Shown here: in pieces, positions 1 through 9,783 of the stretch
Layout of the letters: every line of letters starts with the position of its first letter
How positions within the stretch are numbered: the first letter of the stretch is position 1
Source of the DNA: a virus
Taxonomy: Duplodnaviria; Heunggongvirae; Uroviricota; Caudoviricetes; Thumleimavirales; Hafunaviridae
IMG/VR virus record: IMGVR_UViG_638276137_000001
Location: 1 to 64,000 of that record
Reading direction: 5' to 3' (one strand)
DNA length: 64,000 nucleotides
Notes under the pieces: model-generated
What the model was told of the DNA's origin: nothing
What the model saw: only the letters and a program-made list of their open reading frames with translations
Database searches by the model: none
Translations under genes and position numbers: made by a program

Positions 1-159
1 ACTAAAGCGCGTGTGCGCTCTCTACCTTAATGTTCTAACCGGCCCCCGTCCCCTGTCCCCCGTCGCTCGGGCTTGTACCCTCGGATATGTACGTCGTTGC
101 TCTCCCTACGCGCGTACCTGCCTGCCTGCCTGTTCGTAGCTGGTTCCGTCCCCTGCCCC

Positions 160-400
160 CTGCCCGTCCGTCTCTCCCCTGCCCGTCTCTCGGGCCGGTC
201 GGCCCCTGCCCCTGCCCCGCGCGGGCCGTCTCTCCCCCCGCCCCCTGCCCGTCCATACGGGCCGTCTCTCGGGATTCTAATGGGCCGTGAAAACGGCGGA
301 TTCGGTAAGTACGGCCCGTTTCCCGTCCGTCTCTCCGGTTCCGTCCGTCTCTCCCCGTCTCTCCCCGTCCGTCCGTCTCTCCGGCCCCCCTACCCTATCC
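160..400. repeat. Tandem degenerate 14-nt repeats (CCGTCCGTCTCTCC variants) in a non-coding region
   Basis: Read directly: cccgtccgtctctcc recurs at about 167, 254, 325, 340 and 365-385. The only ORFs here are Pro/Arg/Ser-rich low-complexity artefacts. Confidence 0.7.
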
Positions 401-1969
401 CATAATCCGGTATATCTGCCTCTTTTTCGTTTACCGTGTTTTACCGCATCGAGGCTTGTACCTACCACGTTCGGCGTTTCCGGTGTTTTCCCTTTTTATA
501 TACTAATCCAATTCGACGGATTTATATGTAACCGGGTATTCTCGTGATATGTCGCTCGGTGAAAGCGGCCCGCCCCGGTTTGATGTTAACCGGGGCGGTC
601 GGCCCCCTGAAATGGGCCGGGGGATATACTCCCCGGCGTAAAAGGCCCGGTTCCGCCGGAAAAGCGGTTTAATTCCCGCTTTCCGGGGGCGTAGCCATAT
701 GCGTCCCCCGTTGGACGGAACCGTAGCAAATTGCCACCTTCAAACGGAATTACCGCTAATCTCCCCCCGAACGGTCGGGGGCGGGTAAGTACGTCTCCGG
801 GTAGTTCTCTCCGGTTCCGGCCCCTGTTACGGGCCGACCGGGGAGACGGAACCGGGGCGGAATTGACCCATACGGAATGTAGGGGGCGGGCCGGAAAGCG
901 GCCCGTCCTTCACGGTGAAACGTCCCTTAGGGGACGAATAGCTCAAAGTGAATGTTGAGAGATAGGGATTCTTAGTAAGGTTGTTAGTACGGAACCGGCG
1001 GATTAACCGCCTATCCCCGAGAGACGGGGACATAACCTGAAAGCGGCCCGAACCGGCCCTAAACCACATAGGCCCGTCTTAGTACGGGGGAGATTTACCG
1101 GCCCTTAGGGGCCGGGGCGGAAAACAGGGGGCGGCCCGGCGAAACGGTTTGTAACCGTGAAACCGGCCCCGCCCCTGATACGACAAAGGAAACGCTCCGG
1201 GTAGTTAGGCACATTAGGGTTTGTGACCCTAAGTGAAAACCCTGCCCGGCCCCGAACGTGTTTCCCGGTGTTACGTTTGAAGTACGGCCCGAACGGGAAA
1301 CCCCGCGAAAGCGGGGGCGGTTTCCCGGTATGTAGGCCCGAAAGCGGGGGAGACGGCCCCCGTGGTATATTTTCAGGTTATAGGGGGAGTATGGCCCGGA
1401 CAAAGAGCGACCCTTAGGGCAAAGAGTGACGAAAATAGACGCATCGAGCATTAATGCCTCGAAGCTGTCGAACCGGCTGTCCTTAGCGACAGCTATGGAA
1501 ACGTGAATCCCACCCACTTTCGGTTGCGGTACGGTTGCGGTTAAATAATAGGCGCTTAGCCTATGGTACGAAAGTCTATGCCATAAAACAGGTTCGTAGG
1601 GAGACGAACGTAGTAGTCAAGAGCTTAGCTCATAGCGATTAACGCGAAAGACTCTTTGAGACTTGAAGTTCCGCATAGTGAATCAGTCACATAGCGGCGC
1701 GTATAGCAGTCGGCCTAAAGGGATGTGTGTCACGTTTAAAACGTTCGTTTGTATGTTCGGCCCGGCCCGTAAGGGACGGGGAAGGATAGACGTAAAGGTT
1801 CCAGCGGAAGCTACCTCGAATTGACGAGGATTGATGCTTTGAGGGTCTAAGACCCTCGCTAAGCAAACCACGACAGTAGTGAGTGAGACTAATCTCTCTC
1901 CTACCTGTCGGAATGGGGGGTTTGGTGCTTCCCCCTCGGAAAGTAGCACTAAGTGACACCCAACGAACT

Positions 1970-2875
1970 ATGTCTGTGAAAGTTAACAGCGACGGCGACT
2001 TCGTTGAGAATACGGTGAACACCATCGGCGCTAACCACGTTAGCGACCTCTACGACCTTCTTCAGAAGGACGACCACTCCACCGTGAGCTTAGCTCACGA
2101 GGTTCGCAAAGCCTTCGGAGAGGAGTCTGTGAAGAAGGGCGGCGAGAGTGACATCGCTAAGTGGTGCGAAGCGCCCCGCGAGGTTCACATCATCGAGCCG
2201 TGCGAAGCTAACGAGAGCGACGGCTCAATTGGGAGAGCGTTCTTCCTCGCCACCGACTACACCGCCAACGACTACAACGCCTTTAGTGGCAAGTACGACT
2301 CCTTAAAGGAGGAAAACGGCGGATTCGGTGTGAAGCCCCTCGCGGAAGCCGATGAGTTCCAGCGTGAGCTACTGCTCTCGCAGGAAATCATCGAGGCAAG
2401 TGACACCGTGATGGTTCCCATCAACAGCGACGGGGAACCCATCGTCCCAGTAGTGGCAAGTAAAGGCCGCCAAGAGGCTACGGAAAGCTTCGAGGTCGGG
2501 AGTGTCCCGACTTACGAGGAAGCAAAGGCCCGCCTCGAAACCCTACTGAGTGACTACTTCGGAGAAGTCGAAGTCGATGAGACGGCGGAATCGAACGATA
2601 CGAACAACGGCGGTAGCGACGGCGACGGCGGTAGTGACACCGAAGACGGTCTTGGACTCCCTGAGGGAGTGTTCGACCCGACCGATGTGAGTGGTATCGG
2701 TAACAAGTACGGCAAGCGACTGCTCCAGCACATCATCGAGAACCAAATCACGATGGACTGGGAAGACTACGAGGAACACATCGAGCTTCCCGAGCCGGAG
2801 GTTCCCGATGTGAGTGAGATGAGCCAACGCGAGAAGGACGCCCTTCTCCAGCAGTTGCTCGAAAACTCCGAGTAA
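1970..2875 (+). CDS. Acidic hypothetical protein with a C-terminal helix-hairpin-helix-like motif (VSGIGNKYGKRLLQHI)
   Basis: ORF track 1883..2875, trimmed to the internal ATG at 1970 (MSVKVNSDGDF). Acidic halophile composition. HhH-like GIG motif near the C-terminus. Confidence 0.5.
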   Translation: MSVKVNSDGDFVENTVNTIGANHVSDLYDLLQKDDHSTVSLAHEVRKAFGEESVKKGGESDIAKWCEAPREVHIIEPCEANESDGSIGRAFFLATDYTANDYNAFSGKYDSLKEENGGFGVKPLAEADEFQRELLLSQEIIEASDTVMVPINSDGEPIVPVVASKGRQEATESFEVGSVPTYEEAKARLETLLSDYFGEVEVDETAESNDTNNGGSDGDGGSDTEDGLGLPEGVFDPTDVSGIGNKYGKRLLQHIIENQITMDWEDYEEHIELPEPEVPDVSEMSQREKDALLQQLLENSE

Positions 2876-2978
2876 CGACGCAAAGACTCATCTGAGCAAC
2901 TTTAACCCTTAGCGGCGGCTCCGGGGTTCGACTCCCCGGAAGGGCCTCAGTAGCGTAAGCTACTGGCAAGTGACACCG

Positions 2979-3320
2979 ATGTTTTCGCCAAAACTCGGGA
3001 CTGTAACCCAGTCCAATAGCGAGAAGCAAAACCAATGGAGCCACCGAGCTGACCTCAAAATCGACCAGAGGCATCGAGCCTTCGGAGCGATAGTTGAGGA
3101 AAACCGCGAGGGAGAGCTTCTAACAGGTGAGGAGTTGGCCGAGTATATGGGATGGAATCCCGACCCAAGTGAGATTCATCCCCATCACGAGCCAACGAGA
3201 GAGCCGGAGGAATACGAAGGCTCCGGCCTTACTGACGAGGAAATCGAGAAGCGCAAGAAAGCCGAGAAGTACCGGCGGCGCTACTCCAGCTACCATAACG
3301 AGAGTGACGACGATGAATGA
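2979..3320 (+). CDS. Hypothetical protein
   Basis: ORF 2970..3320 (GTG) with an ATG at 2979 giving MFSPK. It is preceded by the conserved gtgacaccgATG element. Acidic, Lys/Arg-rich C-terminus. Confidence 0.45.
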   Translation: MFSPKLGTVTQSNSEKQNQWSHRADLKIDQRHRAFGAIVEENREGELLTGEELAEYMGWNPDPSEIHPHHEPTREPEEYEGSGLTDEEIEKRKKAEKYRRRYSSYHNESDDDE

Positions 3321-3663
3321 GACACCGACCTTCAGCCGAGACGCAAAGGACTACGAATACAACCCACTTTCCCACGGAGGGAACCGGCGGAGAGAGCGGC
3401 GGATTGCGATGGAAGCGATAGACCAAGCTATCGAGAACGGTGAGGCACACCTCGGTCGCAAAGGTCGGGTTCTCTTAGAGACTCGATGGAGCGGCCAGCT
3501 CATCACGGTGGTCATCGACCCGAAGGACGAAGCCATAGTGACGACCTACCGAGGGACGGGACAGAAGCTCAAGAGCCTCCAGCAACAGGAGAAGCGACGG
3601 AAGGAACGGAAGAAGAAGATTCGGGAAGGTCGCGGAGCGGCCTACACCGGAGCTTGGATGTGA
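3313..3663 (+). CDS. Hypothetical basic protein
   Basis: ORF 3127..3663 trimmed to ATG 3313 (MNETPTF), overlapping the previous stop as ATGA. C-terminal KRRKERKKK stretch. Confidence 0.45.
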   Translation: MNETPTFSRDAKDYEYNPLSHGGNRRRERRIAMEAIDQAIENGEAHLGRKGRVLLETRWSGQLITVVIDPKDEAIVTTYRGTGQKLKSLQQQEKRRKERKKKIREGRGAAYTGAWM

Positions 3664-3986
3664 ACAGTAAAGACTTAATACCGTAACGTTGTCTCTTAGA
3701 GTGAGGAAGATTCTCGGAGGGGACAACCGACTCGATGTGAGTAACCACTAAACTCAAATGTGCCACTTCAACGACGACTGTGAAGCCGGAGAGGAATCGT
3801 ATTGGGAGGATGAACCGACCCACGTAGGAGGAGCTTCGTTCGGAGCCTTCGGATGCGAAGCTTGCGGATACTCAGACTGCCTATGAAGAAGCCACACTCC
3901 TTCAAACCAGACTGTAACTGCTTCTATTGTGACCTCGAACGAGCCGAGAGAGCCGACCGACGCAAAGGATACCTGAGGTTCTGATA

Positions 3987-4346
3987 ATGGACTACCACGA
4001 CATACCGAGCTACGAGACGTACAAGAGCTGGAAGAACGCTTACGACGAATGGGAGGTTAAACTCATCGACGGGTATGGTGAGACGGTTCTCCACCTAAGC
4101 GAAGAACCCGACGCCCCGGAAGACCGAATCGAGGATGGACTGTTCTACCTGTGGGACACCGGAGACTGCCTCTCGTGGATTCGAGAGAGGGAAGCCTTCA
4201 CGATGGAATACGACACCGGGACAGTAACCGACGCCGACTACGTGGAGCTTCGAGAGGATGGAACACGGAACGAGACTCAACACAACCACGTCCATCTCGA
4301 TGCCGACGTAAGGAACGGAAGGAAGGTGGCGCTATCCCCGGTCTAA
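3987..4346 (+). CDS. Hypothetical acidic protein
   Basis: Clean ATG ORF of 119 aa with acidic composition. The stop lies within the taaagactt motif. Confidence 0.5.
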   Translation: MDYHDIPSYETYKSWKNAYDEWEVKLIDGYGETVLHLSEEPDAPEDRIEDGLFYLWDTGDCLSWIREREAFTMEYDTGTVTDADYVELREDGTRNETQHNHVHLDADVRNGRKVALSPV

Positions 4347-4445
4347 AGACTTAGAACGACACAATCAACTCTTTGCTCCGAGTGGCGGCCTACGGTTCGA
4401 CTCCGTAGCGGAGCTTCTGGTAGCACGAGCTACCGGGTGACACCG

Positions 4446-4736
4446 ATGGCAGTAGCAACGACACCAACCGACGACCGGCGTATCGACCTAAGCGAAGCCG
4501 ACCTCGAATTGAAGGTCGGAGATTACCTCCACCGACTCCGGCAGGCTTCGGTAGCGAAGTTCTACGACGACCAAATCGAGTGGGGTTCGATTGCGATTGA
4601 GCCGACTGAGGCTGACTACATCGTTTACGATGTTGACGGAAGGCCGTTCAACGCAATCGACCGAGAGGGACAGGCTATTGAGCAACTTGTGGCGCTGTTC
4701 GACCGAGAGCTGGAAGATGCTCTGAACGTGCTGTAA
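4446..4736 (+). CDS. Hypothetical protein
   Basis: ORF 4437..4736 with an ATG at 4446. It has the same upstream element as the 2979 gene, and the 4437 GTG reading begins MTPM. Confidence 0.5.
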   Translation: MAVATTPTDDRRIDLSEADLELKVGDYLHRLRQASVAKFYDDQIEWGSIAIEPTEADYIVYDVDGRPFNAIDREGQAIEQLVALFDRELEDALNVL

Positions 4737-4881
4737 TCCAACGATGAACAACTACTATCCCGACTTCCACGACCCCGAGATGAACGACGCATCGAGCTAC
4801 GACGACCGAGACGAACCCGGATTCGATATGGACGAGCTGGATGGCTTCAAAGACCCGATGGAAAAGGTAGCCCATCTTTGA

Positions 4882-5115
4882 GTGGTGACATACTTGCCCA
4901 AACAATCCGACGAGAGCGATACCGAGAGTGGAAGCGGCGACGAAAGCAACGCGAATCCTGTTCTGGAGATTCGACCGAGGGACGGAGGGGACGACGACGA
5001 ACCACCAGCGGCAGGAGCCGTGATGGTGGTCGAAGAACCGACCGGCCCCAAGCTAAGCTTGGCTCCTACGTCGGAACCGAAGAACCGAGCGAAACCTGAG
5101 TTGGTAGCAGTATGA
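4882..5115 (+). CDS. Hypothetical acidic protein (GTG start uncertain)
   Basis: ORF track only. Asp/Glu/Gly-rich. Confidence 0.3.
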   Translation: MVTYLPKQSDESDTESGSGDESNANPVLEIRPRDGGDDDEPPAAGAVMVVEEPTGPKLSLAPTSEPKNRAKPELVAV

Positions 5116-5251
5116 GATACCACCTAATCGACCCAACAGAGCCGGTTGTAAAGAACGGGGAAGCGACCTTCGAGATAATCGAGTCGTTCCCCTCGAAAGA
5201 AGCGGCGGAACACGTCCTCGAAGCGAACCGTGGACTCCAAATCATCAAGGG

Positions 5252-5530
5252 ATGAGCTTAGAAGAACACATCATCGAGGAGTTGAAGGCTGGATTGGATG
5301 TATTCGCCGCAGAGTATGCGGTGGATGAGGAGAACAAACTTGATGCGATAATGGCGGCGACCGAGTTGCTGGAGGAAGACCTCGGAATCGGTGAGCGGTG
5401 GATTGTCTACGAGAACTTCATCGTGGATACCGAGGGATACCCCCGCTCCGTAGTGGAGATTGAGTTGTTCACCGACGCCGATGAATCGGAGTTCGAGCAA
5501 GCAGAAGCGGTCTACGAGGCAGGATACTAA
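5252..5530 (+). CDS. Hypothetical acidic protein
   Basis: ATG ORF of 92 aa that starts inside the preceding small ORF's final codons, a compact arrangement. Confidence 0.5.
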   Translation: MSLEEHIIEELKAGLDVFAAEYAVDEENKLDAIMAATELLEEDLGIGERWIVYENFIVDTEGYPRSVVEIELFTDADESEFEQAEAVYEAGY

Positions 5531-5640
5531 TGAACATTCTCGAAATGGCGGTTGACGAAGTGATGGCAGAGGACGACGACTACGTGAAGCCCGGAACGGT
5601 CTACGAGACGCCGAACGGTCACTACATCGTGGAGTAACAA

Positions 5641-5889
5641 ATGTCAGTAATTGGACTCAGCGACGAAGGGATGAGAGAGAACCGCTACGAAATCACCGTT
5701 ACTGCCAGCTCCGACGTGGAAGCAGTCACGACGTTCGATGAATCGTTCGATGATGATGAGAACTACACCGAAGCCTACGACGTTCACCAGTACGACGGCG
5801 ACACCTTTGGTGTGTTCTTCTGGTCGGACGAACCGATTAACACCGAGAACGAACCGCTGATTCTCCCCATCGAGGAGGTTGAAGCCTAA
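5641..5889 (+). CDS. Hypothetical acidic protein
   Basis: ATG ORF of 82 aa. Confidence 0.5.
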   Translation: MSVIGLSDEGMRENRYEITVTASSDVEAVTTFDESFDDDENYTEAYDVHQYDGDTFGVFFWSDEPINTENEPLILPIEEVEA

Positions 5890-6004
5890 TGACGACTCTG
5901 GAAGATACCCTAACCGACGACGAGCGGGACAGCATCGAGAAAGCCGAGAAGAAAAGCAAGCGTAGCAAGACGAAGTACGGCGACCTCTTACCGGAGGACG
6001 ACGA

Positions 6005-6673
6005 ATGACGTGGAGAGACTACCCCGAGGACTGGATGGGAAACCCGGACGGCAGAGACTACCACTACCGATTCCACGCTAACAACGAGGATGCTTGGAAG
6101 CGGCTTCGGAAGGCTCGCTGGATGAATCGGTGGTTCGAGATGTATCCGAAGGATATGAAGCACCTTCGAGTGAAGCTCCCCCACGTCACCGTCAAGACCT
6201 ACGACCACAAGGGTCACATCGAGGGGATGGCGAAGTATGCCTGCTCTCCTGATTGGAAGGTCGTTCCCTACTCCCGAGGGAAGTGGGAGATGAAGCACGC
6301 CTCTCGTGGCGGCTCAAAGCTCCGGTGTGAGGAATACACCGGGGAGAAGTGGGGGAAGCTGACTGTCGAGTTCACCGTCGAACACACTCCGAAGGAGATT
6401 CGGGAAGCCTACGAGAAGGGCGTCAACGAGGCCGAAATCGAGACTTCCATCCGAAATGGCCTTCATTGGGCCGTCGAGGAACGCATCGACGAACTCCGAG
6501 AGGAGAAATGGGAGTACCAGAACGAGGTCTGTGACCACAAACACGTAGTTACTGACCGTGGAACCTACGGAGCCGAGGCGTTCTGTGAGGACTGTAATAA
6601 GCTCTGGATGGACTCGATGGAGCTTGACTCTGCTATCGAGAGTGACGAGATTACGGTAGTCGGTTCGGTCTAA
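6005..6673 (+). CDS. Hypothetical protein with a C-terminal Cys/His cluster (CDHKH...CEDC)
   Basis: 222-aa ORF whose ATG overlaps the upstream stop. Trp-rich N-terminal region. Confidence 0.55.
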   Translation: MTWRDYPEDWMGNPDGRDYHYRFHANNEDAWKRLRKARWMNRWFEMYPKDMKHLRVKLPHVTVKTYDHKGHIEGMAKYACSPDWKVVPYSRGKWEMKHASRGGSKLRCEEYTGEKWGKLTVEFTVEHTPKEIREAYEKGVNEAEIETSIRNGLHWAVEERIDELREEKWEYQNEVCDHKHVVTDRGTYGAEAFCEDCNKLWMDSMELDSAIESDEITVVGSV

Positions 6674-6691
6674 AGACTCGGAGATACAATA

Positions 6692-7057
6692 ATGAGTGTT
6701 AACACCAGCGACGACGGAGAGGAGCTAATCGGAATCGAACGACGGGAAGCCCTCGTTGAAACGTGGGATGTGGATACCGAGGTCTTCGAGACGCCCCACG
6801 CTTCTGACGACAACCCCTTCCGGTCGATGCCTTCGGGGATTCACTTCGAGGGATACAACCACGACGACTACTGCCCGGAGTGTGGTCGGGGAGGTCGTGA
6901 CAAAGGAGTGCTGAGCGATTACACCGGAGGACTCGCTGGTAGCTATATGACAGTCCTTCTCTGCGAAGGCTGTCTCTCGGTGTGGCTCAAGTCCTTCGGC
7001 TGGTCGGCTGACAGAGACTACCCGAAAAACCACATCTTCCACCCTGACAACCGATGA
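6692..7057 (+). CDS. Zinc-ribbon protein (CPECGRGG...CEGC)
   Basis: 121-aa ORF with a CxxC...CxxC pattern. Confidence 0.5.
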   Translation: MSVNTSDDGEELIGIERREALVETWDVDTEVFETPHASDDNPFRSMPSGIHFEGYNHDDYCPECGRGGRDKGVLSDYTGGLAGSYMTVLLCEGCLSVWLKSFGWSADRDYPKNHIFHPDNR

Positions 7058-7323
7058 GTACGACCCATACCAAGACCCACGACGTGATAGCCCGACCGAA
7101 GAACGACTCCCGTGGTGGACATATGTTCCACCTCAAGCCGAACAAGCTTCCGTTGGAAACTCGGCGGGAAGTCGCATCGAGGCTTGAAGACTCCGGTGTG
7201 TTCGCTAAAGACTACCCTCACGAGAAGGTCGCTGAGGTAGTTATCGAGTCCACGACTCAGGGACAAGACCCGAGCAAGCCGTTCCGAACGAGCGAGATTC
7301 AGGAGCTTACCATAGATGTGTGA
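7054..7323 (+). CDS. Hypothetical protein
   Basis: 89-aa ORF whose start overlaps the previous stop. Confidence 0.45.
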   Translation: MSTTHTKTHDVIARPKNDSRGGHMFHLKPNKLPLETRREVASRLEDSGVFAKDYPHEKVAEVVIESTTQGQDPSKPFRTSEIQELTIDV

Positions 7324-7604
7324 CCACGAGAACCGTAGCTGGCTGGCCGGTCGCGGCTACCAAGCAAAGTGGCGGTGTAAAGACTGCGGGAGCCGGGTTC
7401 GAGGTGGTTATGACCACGATGAAGGGCGATTCATCGAGTTCAGAGGTGGGACGTGGCCTTAGAATGTGAGAAATGCGGCGGCCCTCGGTTGAATGGAACG
7501 CCGGTCACTCAGGATAAGGAGGGCGGCGGTTGGCGGATTGCCTTTCCGAGTGACTCGAACAAGCGATACTACTGCCGGAGCTGTGCGAAGGAGGTAACTC
7601 AGTA

Positions 7605-7781
7605 ATGGAACCCCACGACGACTACCCGAAGGAGTGTCCTGCCTGCGATTCAGCGGTCGAAGAACGGAGCTACGGCGTCCGGTGTAGCAACTTCCGTTGC
7701 CTCTGGAAGCGGTGGTGGCAGGATAAGCTCCCGATGTTCAGCGCAAAGACTCACGAACAGCACTACGCGGAGACTCACTAA
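7605..7781 (+). CDS. Small zinc-ribbon protein (CPAC...CSNFRC)
   Basis: 59-codon ATG ORF below the track's size cutoff. It has taATG overlaps at both ends. Confidence 0.35.
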   Translation: MEPHDDYPKECPACDSAVEERSYGVRCSNFRCLWKRWWQDKLPMFSAKTHEQHYAETH

Positions 7782-7969
7782 TGGTTGACTTTGAACACTA
7801 CCACGGCGACGAGATGTGTCACCACGGACGAGAAGTAGCGACTGACGACGACCCCTGCCCGTATCAGGGGAGTCAGATTGCGGAGGACGACACGGCGAAG
7901 TTCATCCTCTGTGGACAGCACCACCAGAAGTTCGTTGGTGGGATGGCGGCGCGGCGAATGACTCGGTAA
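7781..7969 (+). CDS. Small Cys/His-rich protein
   Basis: 62-aa ORF with a CHHG...CPY...CGQHH pattern. Confidence 0.4.
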   Translation: MVDFEHYHGDEMCHHGREVATDDDPCPYQGSQIAEDDTAKFILCGQHHQKFVGGMAARRMTR

Positions 7970-7985
7970 ATCTTAAAGACTCAAA

Positions 7986-8837
7986 ATGAGCGTTCCAACT
8001 TCAATCGAGACGACTGCCGGAGAATCGCTGGTCGAACTAAAGCAGAACAAGCACATCGGAACAACCCGACTGAAGCCCGACGACCCGGTTCATCCGGTGT
8101 GGAAGGCCGGTCAGTTGACCGACCCCGACGACCCGAAGCCTCTCCACGACGACTTCTGGATTCGGGAAATCTTCAACGGAAAGAGTAAGACGATTTTCGA
8201 GAATCGTCCCGACTTCGAGGCTTCCAACGAAGACGACCCGACGATTTACGAGACGGAGTTCGGACACATCGAGCAGTATTGGGAGTCGGTGGGAGGTAAG
8301 GTGTTCTCCTACAACCGGCGGTTCGTTCTCGACCCAAAGACAATCGAGCAGACCGTGGAGGATGGATGGGCGTCGGATACCCTCTACGGAGTGATGAAGG
8401 AGCTGAACGAGAACATCGCAAAGGCTCTCGTGGTGGACGACCTCAAGCACCACCTCGATGAGATAGACACGCTCGATGTGTTGAAAGAGCCGAGGAATCT
8501 CGAAGCTCTCCACACCCACGAACGCTACCGGAGCCTCGTGACTCAGATGTGGAAGTCCCAACACGGCGACGACCCGGAGAAAACCCACCTGTGGGGTTCG
8601 CTGGTGAAGGAGAAGCCGACGACCTTCGAGATTGAACAGTTCCCTCAGGGCTTCTTCGTGATTCCCCGACTCTACAACGGTCACATCTGCCGAGTGATTG
8701 ACGAGGAGCTGAAAGAGCGCGACCTCGGCAAGTTCAGTCTCTCGTGGCGTGGCTTTATCGTGGAACCGGAGAACTTCAGCGAGGTGGCCGAGCTAATCGG
8801 GCCGCTTTACGTTGACACTCCGGGGGTGGGACGATGA
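7986..8837 (+). CDS. Hypothetical protein
   Basis: 283-aa ATG ORF. The aaagactcaaaATG motif lies immediately upstream. Confidence 0.55.
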   Translation: MSVPTSIETTAGESLVELKQNKHIGTTRLKPDDPVHPVWKAGQLTDPDDPKPLHDDFWIREIFNGKSKTIFENRPDFEASNEDDPTIYETEFGHIEQYWESVGGKVFSYNRRFVLDPKTIEQTVEDGWASDTLYGVMKELNENIAKALVVDDLKHHLDEIDTLDVLKEPRNLEALHTHERYRSLVTQMWKSQHGDDPEKTHLWGSLVKEKPTTFEIEQFPQGFFVIPRLYNGHICRVIDEELKERDLGKFSLSWRGFIVEPENFSEVAELIGPLYVDTPGVGR

Positions 8838-9052
8838 ATCCCCGAGAGTACCGAGTGGTCTGTGAGGTGTATAGTCTCGAAGGAACGCTGGAGGAAATCT
8901 CGATGGAAGTCAAAGACGTGAACACAAAATCGGAAGCAAAGCGTAAAGTTCGTAACCACTTCGGGGACGCCCTCGAATCCATCCCGTCCGTCGAAGAAAT
9001 CTTCAATCGGGGAGGTGGAAACGGCGGCGCTGGTGGAATGGTGGTAGTGTGA
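8834..9052 (+). CDS. Hypothetical protein
   Basis: 72-aa ORF overlapping the previous stop. Confidence 0.45.
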   Translation: MNPREYRVVCEVYSLEGTLEEISMEVKDVNTKSEAKRKVRNHFGDALESIPSVEEIFNRGGGNGGAGGMVVV

Positions 9053-9122
9053 GCTACTACTTGGTGGTTCTCGGAGCGGTGTTGATTTGGGCGGCGATTA
9101 TCGGAGCGGAGGTCTACCACCT

Positions 9123-9776
9123 ATGAGTAACAAGTACGACACATTCGAGGCATACGTCAAAGAGGTACAGTCAACAGCCAAGCGATACTACGACTTCGCT
9201 CTTGAAGGAGCAGAGGAGATTCGGACACCGGCCTTCGACCCGCCGGAGTTACCCGACGAGATTCCCGATTGGGCAATCGCTGAGGCGGCGATTGAAAACC
9301 ACGAGCTACTGATGTATTACCAGCGGTGTGTGGTCTACCATTGCGATAACGGCTTCTACGGAGAGGGTGGCGACCGATACTACCACGACCCGGAAGACCA
9401 AGCCGACGCTCTGGAAGACCTCGCTTACGCTGGCTTCTACAACGACATCATCTCGAAGATTCGCTTCATCCGTAGTCTCCGAGAAGATTTGGGTGACGCG
9501 ATACAGCTAATCGAAGGGCCTCTCCACGGCAAGGGAGTCCGGTACGAGTACGACTACTACGTTCATCTGTCCTCGGAAGACCCGCTGACTTACATCATCG
9601 AGTCGCTTGGACAATCGGAGTGGCGGATGTACGACCCGGACGGAACACCGTTCGAGGTAATCAGCCCACGAGTCGCCGTGAACAACGCCGACCGACCGAT
9701 TCCCGAATACTCTCTCAAGCTGTTCCTCGATAACATCTGCGCTCGGCAGGAACGGAAGCGAGAAACCAGCGAGTAA
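9123..9776 (+). CDS. Hypothetical protein
   Basis: ORF 9087..9776 trimmed to ATG 9123 (MSNKYDTF). Confidence 0.55.
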   Translation: MSNKYDTFEAYVKEVQSTAKRYYDFALEGAEEIRTPAFDPPELPDEIPDWAIAEAAIENHELLMYYQRCVVYHCDNGFYGEGGDRYYHDPEDQADALEDLAYAGFYNDIISKIRFIRSLREDLGDAIQLIEGPLHGKGVRYEYDYYVHLSSEDPLTYIIESLGQSEWRMYDPDGTPFEVISPRVAVNNADRPIPEYSLKLFLDNICARQERKRETSE

Positions 9777-9783
9777 TCCTCAA

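Noticed and set aside
35-1517. Several 60-140-aa ORFs in the first 1.5 kb
   Set aside because: Pro/Arg/Gly/Ser low-complexity translations of tandem repeats and hairpins. They have no start context and overlap one another in all frames.
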